Source: a virus (taxonomy: Duplodnaviria; Caudoviricetes). From it: DNA of 40,220 bases. The stretch is taken from the IMG/VR virus record IMGVR_UViG_3300030330_005698, positions 1 through 40,220 of that record. One strand, given 5' to 3'. The notes under the pieces were generated by a model. The model had not been told where the DNA came from. It ran no database searches and worked only from the letters and a program-made list of their open reading frames with translations. Shown here in pieces: positions 28,844 to 37,415 of this stretch (position 1 is its first letter; every line of letters starts with the position of its first letter). The translations under genes and the position numbers were made by a program.

Positions 28844-29137
28844 ATGAAAAGGTCTGCAATATCAAAAATAGTATCTGAAGAAATCGGCAAAATGAAAGAG
28901 GCTTCTATTTCTAAAAGATTCCAAAAGGCAACGGAGGAATACCAAAAAATAGAACTTAAAATGCAGACTATTGTTAAAAAGTTTATTGCCGAAAAAAATC
29001 CAAAAAAGAAAGAACAGTATAAAAATCAATTAAGAGATTTGACTATTAAGAAGAAAAAGGCTGAACAAGAATTTAAGGCTGCACTTCTTGGTGAACCAAT
29101 AACACTAAGTTCTTCAAGGTTGGATTCATTAATATAA
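28844..29137 (+). CDS. Small basic coiled-coil protein, candidate internal head protein
   Basis: MKRSAISKIVSEEIGKMKE N-terminus; helical and Lys/Glu-rich. Confidence 0.65.
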   Translation: MKRSAISKIVSEEIGKMKEASISKRFQKATEEYQKIELKMQTIVKKFIAEKNPKKKEQYKNQLRDLTIKKKKAEQEFKAALLGEPITLSSSRLDSLI

Positions 29138-29153
29138 TTAAGGAGAATATGTT

Positions 29154-29561
29154 ATGGGTTTAGGATTAGGTAAATTATTTACAGGTGGGGCTGGAGAACT
29201 GGTAGAATCAGTTGGCGGTGTACTTGATAATCTAACAACTTCAAAAGAAGAAAAACTAGAAGCAAAAAGAAAAATGAAAGAACTCATTGCTAACCATGAA
29301 GCGGCAATGGAGAAAAACATAACAGATAGGTGGAATGCAGATATGAATTCTGATTCCTGGTTATCAAAAAATGTAAGGCCAATGGTTCTTATATTTTTAA
29401 TAGTGTGTACTATGTTACTAATATTTATTGATGCAGGAACAATAGCATTTGAAGTTGAAGAAAAATGGACAGACCTACTTCAATTAGTATTAATTACAGT
29501 TATTGGTGCATACTTTGGTGGTCGTTCACTAGAAAAGACTAAATCAAAATCTAATAAGTAA
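29154..29561 (+). CDS. Holin (3TM / GTA-type holin family)
   Basis: TSKEEK, DSWLSKNVRP followed by two hydrophobic helices, then YFGGRSLEK. AGGAG RBS at 29141. Confidence 0.8.
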   Translation: MGLGLGKLFTGGAGELVESVGGVLDNLTTSKEEKLEAKRKMKELIANHEAAMEKNITDRWNADMNSDSWLSKNVRPMVLIFLIVCTMLLIFIDAGTIAFEVEEKWTDLLQLVLITVIGAYFGGRSLEKTKSKSNK

Positions 29562-29629
29562 GCCTGATTGAAAGGGTTCAAAACAAGAAAAATAATTTCA
29601 TTTTTTTTAATTTATTAACCTTTTCATAT

Positions 29630-29638
29630 ATATTTATA
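29630..29638 (+). promoter_or_regulatory. Putative late promoter motif ATATTTATA directly before terL
   Basis: Same motif, only 5 nt upstream of the ATG at 29644; no SD sequence. Confidence 0.5.
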
Positions 29639-29643
29639 TATGT

Positions 29644-31218
29644 ATGAGCAATAAAAAATCAATAAAAGATATTATTCGTGAAGAGTATAAACGGTGTTCA
29701 TCTGACCCTGTACACTTTATGCGAAAATATTGCCAAATTCAACATCCGACTCGTGGAAAGATAAATTTTAATTTATATCCATTTCAAGAAAAAACTTTAC
29801 AACAACTACAAGGTAATGATTACAATATTATATTGAAGTCAAGGCAGTTAGGTATATCTACACTATCTGCTGGTTATTCATTATGGTCAATGTTATTTAA
29901 TGAAGATTTTAATGTTTTGGTTATTGCGACAAAACAAGATGTTGCAAAAAATCTTGTAACAAAGGTTAGAATAATGCATGACTATTTACCTAGTTGGTTA
30001 AAGGGTCAGTGTACAGAGGATAATAAATTATCATTAAGATTCAAAAATGGTTCTCAGATAAAGGCAGTATCTGCTGCTGGAGATGCAGGACGTTCTGAAG
30101 CATTATCATTATTAGTAATGGATGAGGCAGCATTTATTGATAAGATTGATGAAATATGGGCATCTGCACAACAAACACTTGCAACAGGTGGAAAGGCAAT
30201 TGTATTATCTACACCAAATGGAGTTGGAAACTTTTTTCATAAAACATGGACAAAGGCCGAAGCTGGTGAAAACTTATTTAATACAATCAGACTTCACTGG
30301 AGCCTACACCCAGAACGTGATAAAGATTGGCGAGAACAGCAAGATGAATTGCTAGGACCTAAAATGGCGGCACAAGAATGTGATTGTGATTTTGTAAGTT
30401 CAGGTAATACTGTGGTTGATGGTAATCTTATTGAATGGTATAGAGAGTCACATGCTCAAGACCCTATAGAAACAAGAGGCTTTGATGGAAATTATTGGAT
30501 TTGGGAACAACCAAATTACAATAAATCATATATGGTAGTTGCCGATGTAGCTAGAGGTGATGGTACAGACTTTTCAGCATTTCATGTAATAGATATTGAT
30601 GATTGCTCTCAAGTTGCAGAATATAGAGGCCAATTAACTCCTAAAGAATTTGGAAATATGTTAGTTGGTGTTGCAACAGAATACAATGATGCATTACTTG
30701 TTATTGAAAATGCCAATGTAGGTTGGGGTTCAATCCAAAGTGCAATAGATAGAGATTATAAAAATTTATATTATACATATAAACAAGATGGTGTTGTTGA
30801 TGCAACTACTCAACTAACTAAAGGTTATGACTTGAAAGATAAAGGTCAAATGACTCCAGGATTTACAACATCAGCAAAAACAAGACCACTTTTAATATCG
30901 AAGATTGATATTTATTTTAGAGAAAAGTCATTCATTGTCAGGTCAAAAAGGCTATTAGATGAACTATTAGTTTTTATATGGAACGGTCACAAGGCCGAGG
31001 CACAGAATGGCTATAATGATGATTTGGTAATATCTTTAGGAATAGGTTTATGGGTAAGAGATACTGCACTTAAACTTAGGAATGAAGGTATTTCTCTTAA
31101 TAGAAGGGCATTGAATTCAATATCTAAAACTGGAGTTTACTCAGGTGTAAATCCAAACACGGATTGGTCAATGAAAATTAAAGGTAACGACGAAGATATT
31201 AGTTGGTTAATAAAATAG
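29644..31218 (+). CDS. terL: Terminase large subunit (T4 gp17-like)
   Basis: LYPFQ Q-motif, Walker A KSRQLGIST, Walker B LVMDEAAF, STPNG motif III, and RNase H-like nuclease motifs ADVARGDG.D and NDDLV. Confidence 0.96.
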   Translation: MSNKKSIKDIIREEYKRCSSDPVHFMRKYCQIQHPTRGKINFNLYPFQEKTLQQLQGNDYNIILKSRQLGISTLSAGYSLWSMLFNEDFNVLVIATKQDVAKNLVTKVRIMHDYLPSWLKGQCTEDNKLSLRFKNGSQIKAVSAAGDAGRSEALSLLVMDEAAFIDKIDEIWASAQQTLATGGKAIVLSTPNGVGNFFHKTWTKAEAGENLFNTIRLHWSLHPERDKDWREQQDELLGPKMAAQECDCDFVSSGNTVVDGNLIEWYRESHAQDPIETRGFDGNYWIWEQPNYNKSYMVVADVARGDGTDFSAFHVIDIDDCSQVAEYRGQLTPKEFGNMLVGVATEYNDALLVIENANVGWGSIQSAIDRDYKNLYYTYKQDGVVDATTQLTKGYDLKDKGQMTPGFTTSAKTRPLLISKIDIYFREKSFIVRSKRLLDELLVFIWNGHKAEAQNGYNDDLVISLGIGLWVRDTALKLRNEGISLNRRALNSISKTGVYSGVNPNTDWSMKIKGNDEDISWLIK

Positions 31219-31237
31219 GTTATATAGGAGAAAATAA

Positions 31238-33079
31238 ATGGCAGACAAAACTCTTTTTGGACGATTAAGAAAACTCTTTTCAACAGGCGTAATTATGCGT
31301 AGAGTTGGAACTGGGCTAAAGGTTGTCGATACACAAAGAATACAGTCATCAGGAAATCTTGAAACAAATAGACTTGTTGATAGATACAATAGATTACATT
31401 CACCATCAGCACAATACTCGGTTTATCAACCAGGACAAGGACATGTTGCATTAAGAATAGAATTATTTAATGATTATGAAGCAATGGATATGGATCCGAT
31501 TATTGCATCAGCATTGGATATATATGCAGATGAATGTTGTGTAAAAAATGAATTTGGTGATATACTAACAATTAATACAACAAATGATGCAATAAAGAAA
31601 ACACTTCATAATTTATTTTATGATGTAATGAATATAGAATTCAACCTTCATCCTTGGACTAGAAACCTTGTAAAGTATGGTGATTTTTATTTACAGTTAG
31701 ATATTACTGAAAAGTATGGTGTTACAGGCGTACACCCAATGTCTTCTTATTATGTAATACGTGAAGAAGGTCTAGACCCAAATCAACCAGAGTATGTTAG
31801 GTTTGTTGTTGACGAATCTCAAGGTGGACAAATTTATGGTTCTAATATGTCTCATAAAGAATATTTAGAAAACTATGAAGTTGCACATTTTAGATTACTA
31901 GGTGATACGAACTTTTTACCCTACGGAAGGTCTATGGTTGAACCTGCTAGAAAAGGTTGGAAACAATTAACTCTTATGGAGGACGCAATGTTAATTCACA
32001 GAATTATGCGTGCACCTGAAAGAAGAGTGTTCAAAATAGATATTGGAAATATACCTCCAAGTGAAGTTGATAATTATATGCAACAAACAATTAACAAAAT
32101 GAAAAAAGCACCATTTGTTGATGAAAAGACTGGGGACTATAACTTAAAATTCAATATACAAAATATGTTGGAAGATTATTACCTTCCAGTTAGAGGTGGC
32201 CAAAGTGGAACTGAAATAGAATCATTAAGTGGAATGGAATTTAATGGTACTGATGATGTTGAATACTTAAGAAATAAAATGATGGCTGGTTTGAAAATAC
32301 CAAAAGCATTTTTAGGATATGATGAAAATGTAGAAGGTAAAGCTACACTAGCTGCTGAAGATGTTAGATTTGCTAGAACGATTGAAAGAATACAGAAAAT
32401 CATGGTTAGTGAATTAACAAAAATTGCAATTGTACATTTGTATACTCAAGGATACCATGAGTCTGATTTGGTTAATTTTGACTTATCATTAACAAATACA
32501 TCAACCATTGCTGAAAATGAAAAAATAGAACTTTGGAATAGTAAAGTTAACTTGGCATCTTCAATGAAAGATATAAATATGATGTCAGAAGATTGGATAT
32601 ATAAAAATATATTTAATTTATCAAGTAGAGAATCAGATACTGAAAAGAAACGAGTAATAAACGACTTAAAGCAACAGTTTAGACGTGAGCAAATAAAAAT
32701 GGAAGGAAATGACCCAGCACAATCTGGTGAAGCATTAGGAACTCCACATACACTTGCAACCTTAGACCCTGAAAAGAATTTGGAACCACGTGATACTGCA
32801 ATATTTGGTAATGATGAAGAAACTAGAGGAAGACCAGAAGAAGGTCCTAAACCTGGAACAGACTCATCAGCAAGAGGTAGGGACCCATTGGGAAATAAAA
32901 CTTTAACACAAGATTATAATAATCGTGATAGGCGAACAGTGTCAACTGAAATAAAAAGGTCATTGGACGCAAAGTTTAATAAGAAAAAGGTTATTAGTGA
33001 AATGTATACTGAAGATAATGTTAGTGAACCTAGCTTATTGGATGAAAAAAACATCATTGATGATGAAAAACTACAATAG
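31238..33079 (+). CDS. Portal protein (T4 gp20-like)
   Basis: QLTLMEDAMLIHRIMRAPERRVFKIDIGNIP, MLEDYYLPVRGG..GTEIESL.G and LKIPKAFL; AGGAG at 31226. Confidence 0.96.
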   Translation: MADKTLFGRLRKLFSTGVIMRRVGTGLKVVDTQRIQSSGNLETNRLVDRYNRLHSPSAQYSVYQPGQGHVALRIELFNDYEAMDMDPIIASALDIYADECCVKNEFGDILTINTTNDAIKKTLHNLFYDVMNIEFNLHPWTRNLVKYGDFYLQLDITEKYGVTGVHPMSSYYVIREEGLDPNQPEYVRFVVDESQGGQIYGSNMSHKEYLENYEVAHFRLLGDTNFLPYGRSMVEPARKGWKQLTLMEDAMLIHRIMRAPERRVFKIDIGNIPPSEVDNYMQQTINKMKKAPFVDEKTGDYNLKFNIQNMLEDYYLPVRGGQSGTEIESLSGMEFNGTDDVEYLRNKMMAGLKIPKAFLGYDENVEGKATLAAEDVRFARTIERIQKIMVSELTKIAIVHLYTQGYHESDLVNFDLSLTNTSTIAENEKIELWNSKVNLASSMKDINMMSEDWIYKNIFNLSSRESDTEKKRVINDLKQQFRREQIKMEGNDPAQSGEALGTPHTLATLDPEKNLEPRDTAIFGNDEETRGRPEEGPKPGTDSSARGRDPLGNKTLTQDYNNRDRRTVSTEIKRSLDAKFNKKKVISEMYTEDNVSEPSLLDEKNIIDDEKLQ

Positions 33080-33094
33080 TTTGAATGTAACATT

Positions 33095-33103
33095 ATATTT
33101 ATA
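33095..33103 (+). promoter_or_regulatory. Putative late promoter motif ATATTTATA
   Basis: Intergenic after the portal gene, 29 nt upstream of the ATG at 33133. Confidence 0.5.
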
Positions 33104-33132
33104 TATGAGTATAAATTTATAAGTGGAAAAAA

Positions 33133-34008
33133 ATGATAAAGCACAGTAAATATAAAAATACTGGAATTTTATTTGAGCTTTTAGTAAGGCAAACTGCAAG
33201 CGATACTCTTAAGGGTGTAAAAAAGTCAAAGGCATTAAATTTGATAAACAAATACTTTGGTGGCTCTACATCTTTAGGGAGAGAACTTGTATTGTATCAA
33301 GGTTTAGTAAAGGAAACCTTTGATAAGGATGTAAAGGCTGAAAGGTTTATAAATGCAGTTATTGTTGAAAGAAGTAAAATAAACAATAAAACCATAAAGG
33401 GTGAAAAGTATAATTTGATTAGAGAGATAAAAAACAACTATGACTTAAAGTCATTCTTTAATCAAAGAATACCTGATTATAAAATTCAAGCAACAATATA
33501 TAAAATATTTGAACAAGAATCAGGCAAAAGAAAAATAAACCCAGTGAACTCTGTTAATAATCATTTCACTATACTTGAACATGTAACACGAGGTAAAGTA
33601 AAACATGAACCTGTAAAACCAACAGAACTTATAAGTGAATATTCAAAACAGAATGAAGAACTAAGACTTCTTTCATATAAAATATTAGTTGATAAGTTTA
33701 ATGAAAAATATGGAAAGTCATTAAATGAATCACAAAAAATGATATTGAAGAAATACATAAACAATATTTCTAATACAAAAGTTTTAGCTGAATTTGTAAA
33801 ATCTAAATTACCTATAATTGAAAATGACTTGGCAAGTATAGGTAAAAAAATTGGTGACAGGGTTGTTAAGATAAAATTAACAGAAGTTGTAAACCAGTTA
33901 AAATCATTTTCAGAATTAAAAGTAATTAAAGAAAATCACCTAGTTACTTTGTTAAGATATTATGAATTAATTCAGGAGTGTAAAAATGTCATTAATAAAA
34001 AAGTTTGA
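33133..34008 (+). CDS. Hypothetical head-module protein
   Basis: 291-aa helical ORF (KHSKYKNTGILFELLVRQ; FNEKYGKSLNESQK) lying between portal and protease. Confidence 0.75.
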   Translation: MIKHSKYKNTGILFELLVRQTASDTLKGVKKSKALNLINKYFGGSTSLGRELVLYQGLVKETFDKDVKAERFINAVIVERSKINNKTIKGEKYNLIREIKNNYDLKSFFNQRIPDYKIQATIYKIFEQESGKRKINPVNSVNNHFTILEHVTRGKVKHEPVKPTELISEYSKQNEELRLLSYKILVDKFNEKYGKSLNESQKMILKKYINNISNTKVLAEFVKSKLPIIENDLASIGKKIGDRVVKIKLTEVVNQLKSFSELKVIKENHLVTLLRYYELIQECKNVINKKV

Positions 34009-34492
34009 TAGACTAGTAGAAAAGATACTTGAAGGGGAATACGATATTTCTGAAACTGAAAAGGATGAAGAGATAGACGAGATTAGTGTGACTGCAAATG
34101 TTGCAGGTTATCAAACACCTTATGCTTTTAGTGGTAAAACAAAAAAAGACAAAAAGAAAAGGAAAAAAACAGCAACAGCAAGTACAGGTTATGAACTTGT
34201 TGGTGAAAAGAAAATTTCTCATGGAGATGTTCTTAGAGAAATTTATGGTCTTAATTATAATAAATATAAAAAAGATGAATCTCTTAATGCAAAGCAAAAA
34301 GTAAATGGTGCAATAAGAGAAGTATCAAAAAGACTTCTTCAAATTGAAAGAATAGTAAATAGGAATATTAAATTAAAAACAGAAGCAGGCGTAGATGGGA
34401 CACAGTATTGGAAATCTACTAGAAAAAACTTAGGAAAGATATCAGAAAGAATGAATAGGATTTCAGCAAGGCTAAGGAATTTATCATCATGA
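33986..34492 (+). CDS. Hypothetical head-module protein
   Basis: 168-aa ORF overlapping the upstream gene; IDEISVTANVAGYQTPYAF and a basic C-terminal coiled coil. Confidence 0.7.
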   Translation: MSLIKKFDRLVEKILEGEYDISETEKDEEIDEISVTANVAGYQTPYAFSGKTKKDKKKRKKTATASTGYELVGEKKISHGDVLREIYGLNYNKYKKDESLNAKQKVNGAIREVSKRLLQIERIVNRNIKLKTEAGVDGTQYWKSTRKNLGKISERMNRISARLRNLSS

Positions 34493-34608
34493 ATATAAAC
34501 GAAGAAATTTCACCTGCAGATATGAAGAAAATTAGAGAGCTTATCAGAAAAGAAATAGCTGAAGTATATTTTTCTTTATATCGTAAAAGAGCAGTATGGG
34601 GAGCATAA
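34489..34608 (+). CDS. 39-aa small protein MNINEEISPADMKKIRELIRKEIAEVYFSLYRKRAVWGA (missing from the ORF track)
   Basis: ATGA overlap with the upstream stop. It exactly fills the gap up to the ATG at 34610 and looks like an amphipathic helix. Confidence 0.7.
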   Translation: MNINEEISPADMKKIRELIRKEIAEVYFSLYRKRAVWGA

Positions 34609-34609
34609 C

Positions 34610-34888
34610 ATGCCAGGACTAGCAGATATGGCAATACCAGCCTCGGGAGAGACAGTTAATAATCAAACTATAAGTGGAAGATTAGAGACTTTAACTATTG
34701 CACCTACAATGGGTGACCCGGCAACAGAAACAACAACAGCAAATCCTCCTTTGGAGAATGCGCCTATAAATCCACTAATGGGTGACCCGGCAACTGAAAC
34801 TGTCACAGCTAACCCACCACTAGAAAATACAACTATAAACACGAGTTTAGGTGAACCGGATACTACGGCCTATCCGACAACATTGTAA
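34610..34888 (+). CDS. Small acidic Pro/Thr-rich protein with 23-aa tandem repeat
   Basis: GGGGAG upstream. Repeats read MGDPATETTTANPPLENAPINPL / MGDPATETVTANPPLENTTINTS / LGEPDT with a 69-nt period (34709, 34778, 34847). Confidence 0.65.
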   Translation: MPGLADMAIPASGETVNNQTISGRLETLTIAPTMGDPATETTTANPPLENAPINPLMGDPATETVTANPPLENTTINTSLGEPDTTAYPTTL

Positions 34889-34903
34889 TATAAATTTTAG
34901 GAG

Positions 34904-35680
34904 ATGATGAAAATGAATTTACAAATTTTAACTTGGAATCAATGGCTAAGATTCCCAAACAACAAAAAGCTTGCTGAAGAAAATATGCACAAAGCAAAGG
35001 CGGAATATCTTCGTGAGCAGTATATGGCTGAGCAGTATTATAACTATGTAAATATTGCACAACCTACTGGAAATAAGAAAAAGATAACTGGTTTAACAAA
35101 CCAAGTAACAACATTAACATGGGAAGGTACAGGTGCTGACCCATATTATGCAAATGGAGTAGCAGGTGGTGGTTTACACAATTACCATTTTGAATTAGAA
35201 TCTGTTACAGATGGTGAGCCATTCCAACACAATAGACAAAGATATGCATATGTATTTGTTTCTTCGTCAGTGTCAGGAAACTCTTCAGTATATGCAGACT
35301 TATTACAAAGAAAAGATGGTGCTGGTGCAGATTACTTTGATGAAGTACATACTTCTTCATATACAACAGCTGATAACCCGAATATAACAGCATCAGCTGC
35401 AACTGCCATGATTGACACTATTAATGCAACAGCTGCAACATACTTTACTGCAACGACTAGTTCACGTGGTGAAACCCTTATTGTTACAAACGTATTCAAA
35501 GGGATAGTATCTTCATCAGCTGAATCTTCAAGGTTGACGTCAACTGCATCAATTGCTGTGACAACAACTGGATTTGATACATTCACTGATAGTACAGGTC
35601 AAACAGGCGTTAACTCTCCTCAACAAACAATTGATGATAGAGGAATATCTGATAAGTATAAAAGATTTAGTAACCAGTAA
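34904..35680 (+). CDS. Hypothetical protein, probably virion-associated (true start may be 34913)
   Basis: AGGAG at 34899 is best spaced for ATG 34913. Ser/Thr/Ala-rich C-terminal domain. Confidence 0.65.
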   Translation: MMKMNLQILTWNQWLRFPNNKKLAEENMHKAKAEYLREQYMAEQYYNYVNIAQPTGNKKKITGLTNQVTTLTWEGTGADPYYANGVAGGGLHNYHFELESVTDGEPFQHNRQRYAYVFVSSSVSGNSSVYADLLQRKDGAGADYFDEVHTSSYTTADNPNITASAATAMIDTINATAATYFTATTSSRGETLIVTNVFKGIVSSSAESSRLTSTASIAVTTTGFDTFTDSTGQTGVNSPQQTIDDRGISDKYKRFSNQ

Positions 35681-35692
35681 GAAGGACTATTT

Positions 35693-36352
35693 ATGAAAAG
35701 TTTACTAGTTGATTATACGCCTTTTAATATAACACCTCAAATGATTACTGAGTCTGAGCAAAGAAATGGTGGAAAAGTAATCTTACAAGGTATTTTACAA
35801 AGGGCAGGCGCTAAAAACCAAAATGGTAGGGTTTATCCTAAAGACATTTTGGCTAGAGAAGTTGCCGAGTATAAAAAAGGACCAGTTGCAGAGAGACGAG
35901 CTCTTGGTGAATTGGACCACCCAGAATCTTCTGTTGTAAACTTATCAAATGCTAGTCACAACGTTTTAGATTGTTGGTTTCAAGACGATGACGTTGTTGG
36001 AAAGGTTGAAATATTAGATACGCCAAGTGGTAAAATACTAAAGGAACTACTTAAAGCTGGTATAAAATTAGGAATTAGTAGTAGAGGTCTAGGTTCAGTT
36101 AGAGAACTTGGCGAAGGTACAGTTGAAGTACAAGATGACTTTGAATTAATATGTTGGGATTTTGTGTCAAATCCATCTACTCACGGAGCATTTATGAAAC
36201 CAATGAATGAATCCGTAAACTTATCATCTCCTAGAAATAGATTTGATGCAATTAACAATATTATCAGAGAAATCATTTGTGAAACAACTGGAAAATGTTC
36301 AATACCTAAAAAACAATCTTGTAAATGTGGTGGTACTTGCGGCCACTGTTAA
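35693..36352 (+). CDS. Prohead core protease (T4 gp21-like)
   Basis: NQNGRVYP, ALGELDHP (catalytic His), GISSRGLGS (catalytic Ser) and DFVSNPST. Confidence 0.96.
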   Translation: MKSLLVDYTPFNITPQMITESEQRNGGKVILQGILQRAGAKNQNGRVYPKDILAREVAEYKKGPVAERRALGELDHPESSVVNLSNASHNVLDCWFQDDDVVGKVEILDTPSGKILKELLKAGIKLGISSRGLGSVRELGEGTVEVQDDFELICWDFVSNPSTHGAFMKPMNESVNLSSPRNRFDAINNIIREIICETTGKCSIPKKQSCKCGGTCGHC

Positions 36353-36364
36353 TTGGAGAATATA

Positions 36365-36904
36365 ATGAAACTTAAAAAATTATATGAAAATATTAAAGAT
36401 GAAACACTTACTGTAAAGGAAAAGAAAGAATTCATCAAAGCAATTTCAGAGTTTAATAACTTTGGAAAAAACATATATAGAACTACCGAAGTAAATGAGG
36501 CTATTCAAACAATTACAGAACTTGTTGAAAAAGCACAAAGAATTACAATAGGTGAAACTGCTGATTGGTTTGATTCCGTTTCAGTTAAACGTGATATGAA
36601 AAGTTTAGGTGAATCATTATCATTATTTAATAAAACAGCAAAAGAAATGGGAAGTATGCAACAAAGAATGGAATCATTATATGAAGATATGGGATTCAAA
36701 CTTGGAAAATATTTTAACATTGCTGAAAAGTTAGATAGAATAGATGACAAAGAAGCTGAAATGGATTTTGACGATTTACCAGATAAAGATATTGATAATG
36801 ATGGTGATACTGATAAGTCTGATGAGTACTTACACCACAAGTTAGGTAATGTCGCAAAAAGAACGGAAAACAGATTACAGAAGCTAGCCGCTATAAAAAA
36901 ATAA
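36365..36904 (+). CDS. Hypothetical head-associated protein with DxDxDG motif
   Basis: GGAG at 36355 supports the ATG at 36365. N-terminus MKLKKLYE; Ca-binding-like loop DKDIDNDGDTDKSDEYLH. Confidence 0.7.
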   Translation: MKLKKLYENIKDETLTVKEKKEFIKAISEFNNFGKNIYRTTEVNEAIQTITELVEKAQRITIGETADWFDSVSVKRDMKSLGESLSLFNKTAKEMGSMQQRMESLYEDMGFKLGKYFNIAEKLDRIDDKEAEMDFDDLPDKDIDNDGDTDKSDEYLHHKLGNVAKRTENRLQKLAAIKK

Positions 36905-36917
36905 ACTCATCGCTACT

Positions 36918-36957
36918 AAAAAAAGTCCTATAATATTTTTTATTATGGGATTTTTTT
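36918..36957 (+). terminator. Rho-independent terminator-like hairpin
   Basis: A-tract, then gtcctataata / loop / tattatgggat stem with G-U pairs, then a T-tract. Confidence 0.7.
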
Positions 36958-37001
36958 GTTATATTTAATACAAATTAATTTAATACTAAAATACAACAAA
37001 T

Positions 37002-37340
37002 ATGGGAAAATTCAAACCTAGGACCAGAAATGGTCAAGTAATTAAGAACTACATAAAAAGAACAGATTTTGTTTTACCTGGATGTGCTAATGGTGTAAAA
37101 GTACCAAATGATACATCAAGTGCATTGGAAAAATCATTAAAGATTTTGAAAAGACAACTTAAAGACACTGAAATGTTTAGTGAATTGAGGGAGAGACAAT
37201 ATTTTGAAAAACCTTCAGCTAAGCGTAGAAAGCAAAAGCAACAAGCCGTAAGAGCACAAAGGAAAAAGGAGAGAGATAGAAAGCGGTATGATAAGGAAAA
37301 TCCTTGCTGGACAGTAATAGTAAAAGGCAAAGCACAGTAA
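37002..37340 (+). CDS. rpsU: Phage-encoded 30S ribosomal protein bS21 with N- and C-terminal extensions
   Basis: VKV...ALEKSLKILKRQ....MFSELRERQYFEKPSAKRRKQKQQAVR matches the bS21 signature (ExALrrFKr...R.yyEKPs.kRk). Confidence 0.9.
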   Translation: MGKFKPRTRNGQVIKNYIKRTDFVLPGCANGVKVPNDTSSALEKSLKILKRQLKDTEMFSELRERQYFEKPSAKRRKQKQQAVRAQRKKERDRKRYDKENPCWTVIVKGKAQ

Positions 37341-37347
37341 TATAACT

Positions 37348-37380
37348 AAGGGGAGATTTATTCTCCCTTTTTTTATTTTT
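37348..37380 (+). terminator. Rho-independent terminator after bS21
   Basis: aaggggaga-tttat-tctcccttt stem-loop followed by a T-tract. Confidence 0.8.
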
Positions 37381-37415
37381 TATAGTTAAAATACACACTT
37401 TAGGTATATACAAAT

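Noticed and set aside
29644-33079. Inteins, introns or homing endonucleases in terL or portal
   Set aside because: Lengths are normal and motifs are contiguous; no splice-junction, LAGLIDADG or HNH motifs were seen.
3516-33103. Reading the motif as canonical T4 late promoters (TATAAATA) on the minus strand
   Set aside because: There are no credible minus-strand genes to drive, and the motif is positioned consistently upstream of + strand starts. Antisense transcription cannot be excluded without data.
36353-36364. TTG start at 36353 given by the ORF track
   Set aside because: The segment contains GGAG properly spaced for the ATG at 36365, which is the more likely start.
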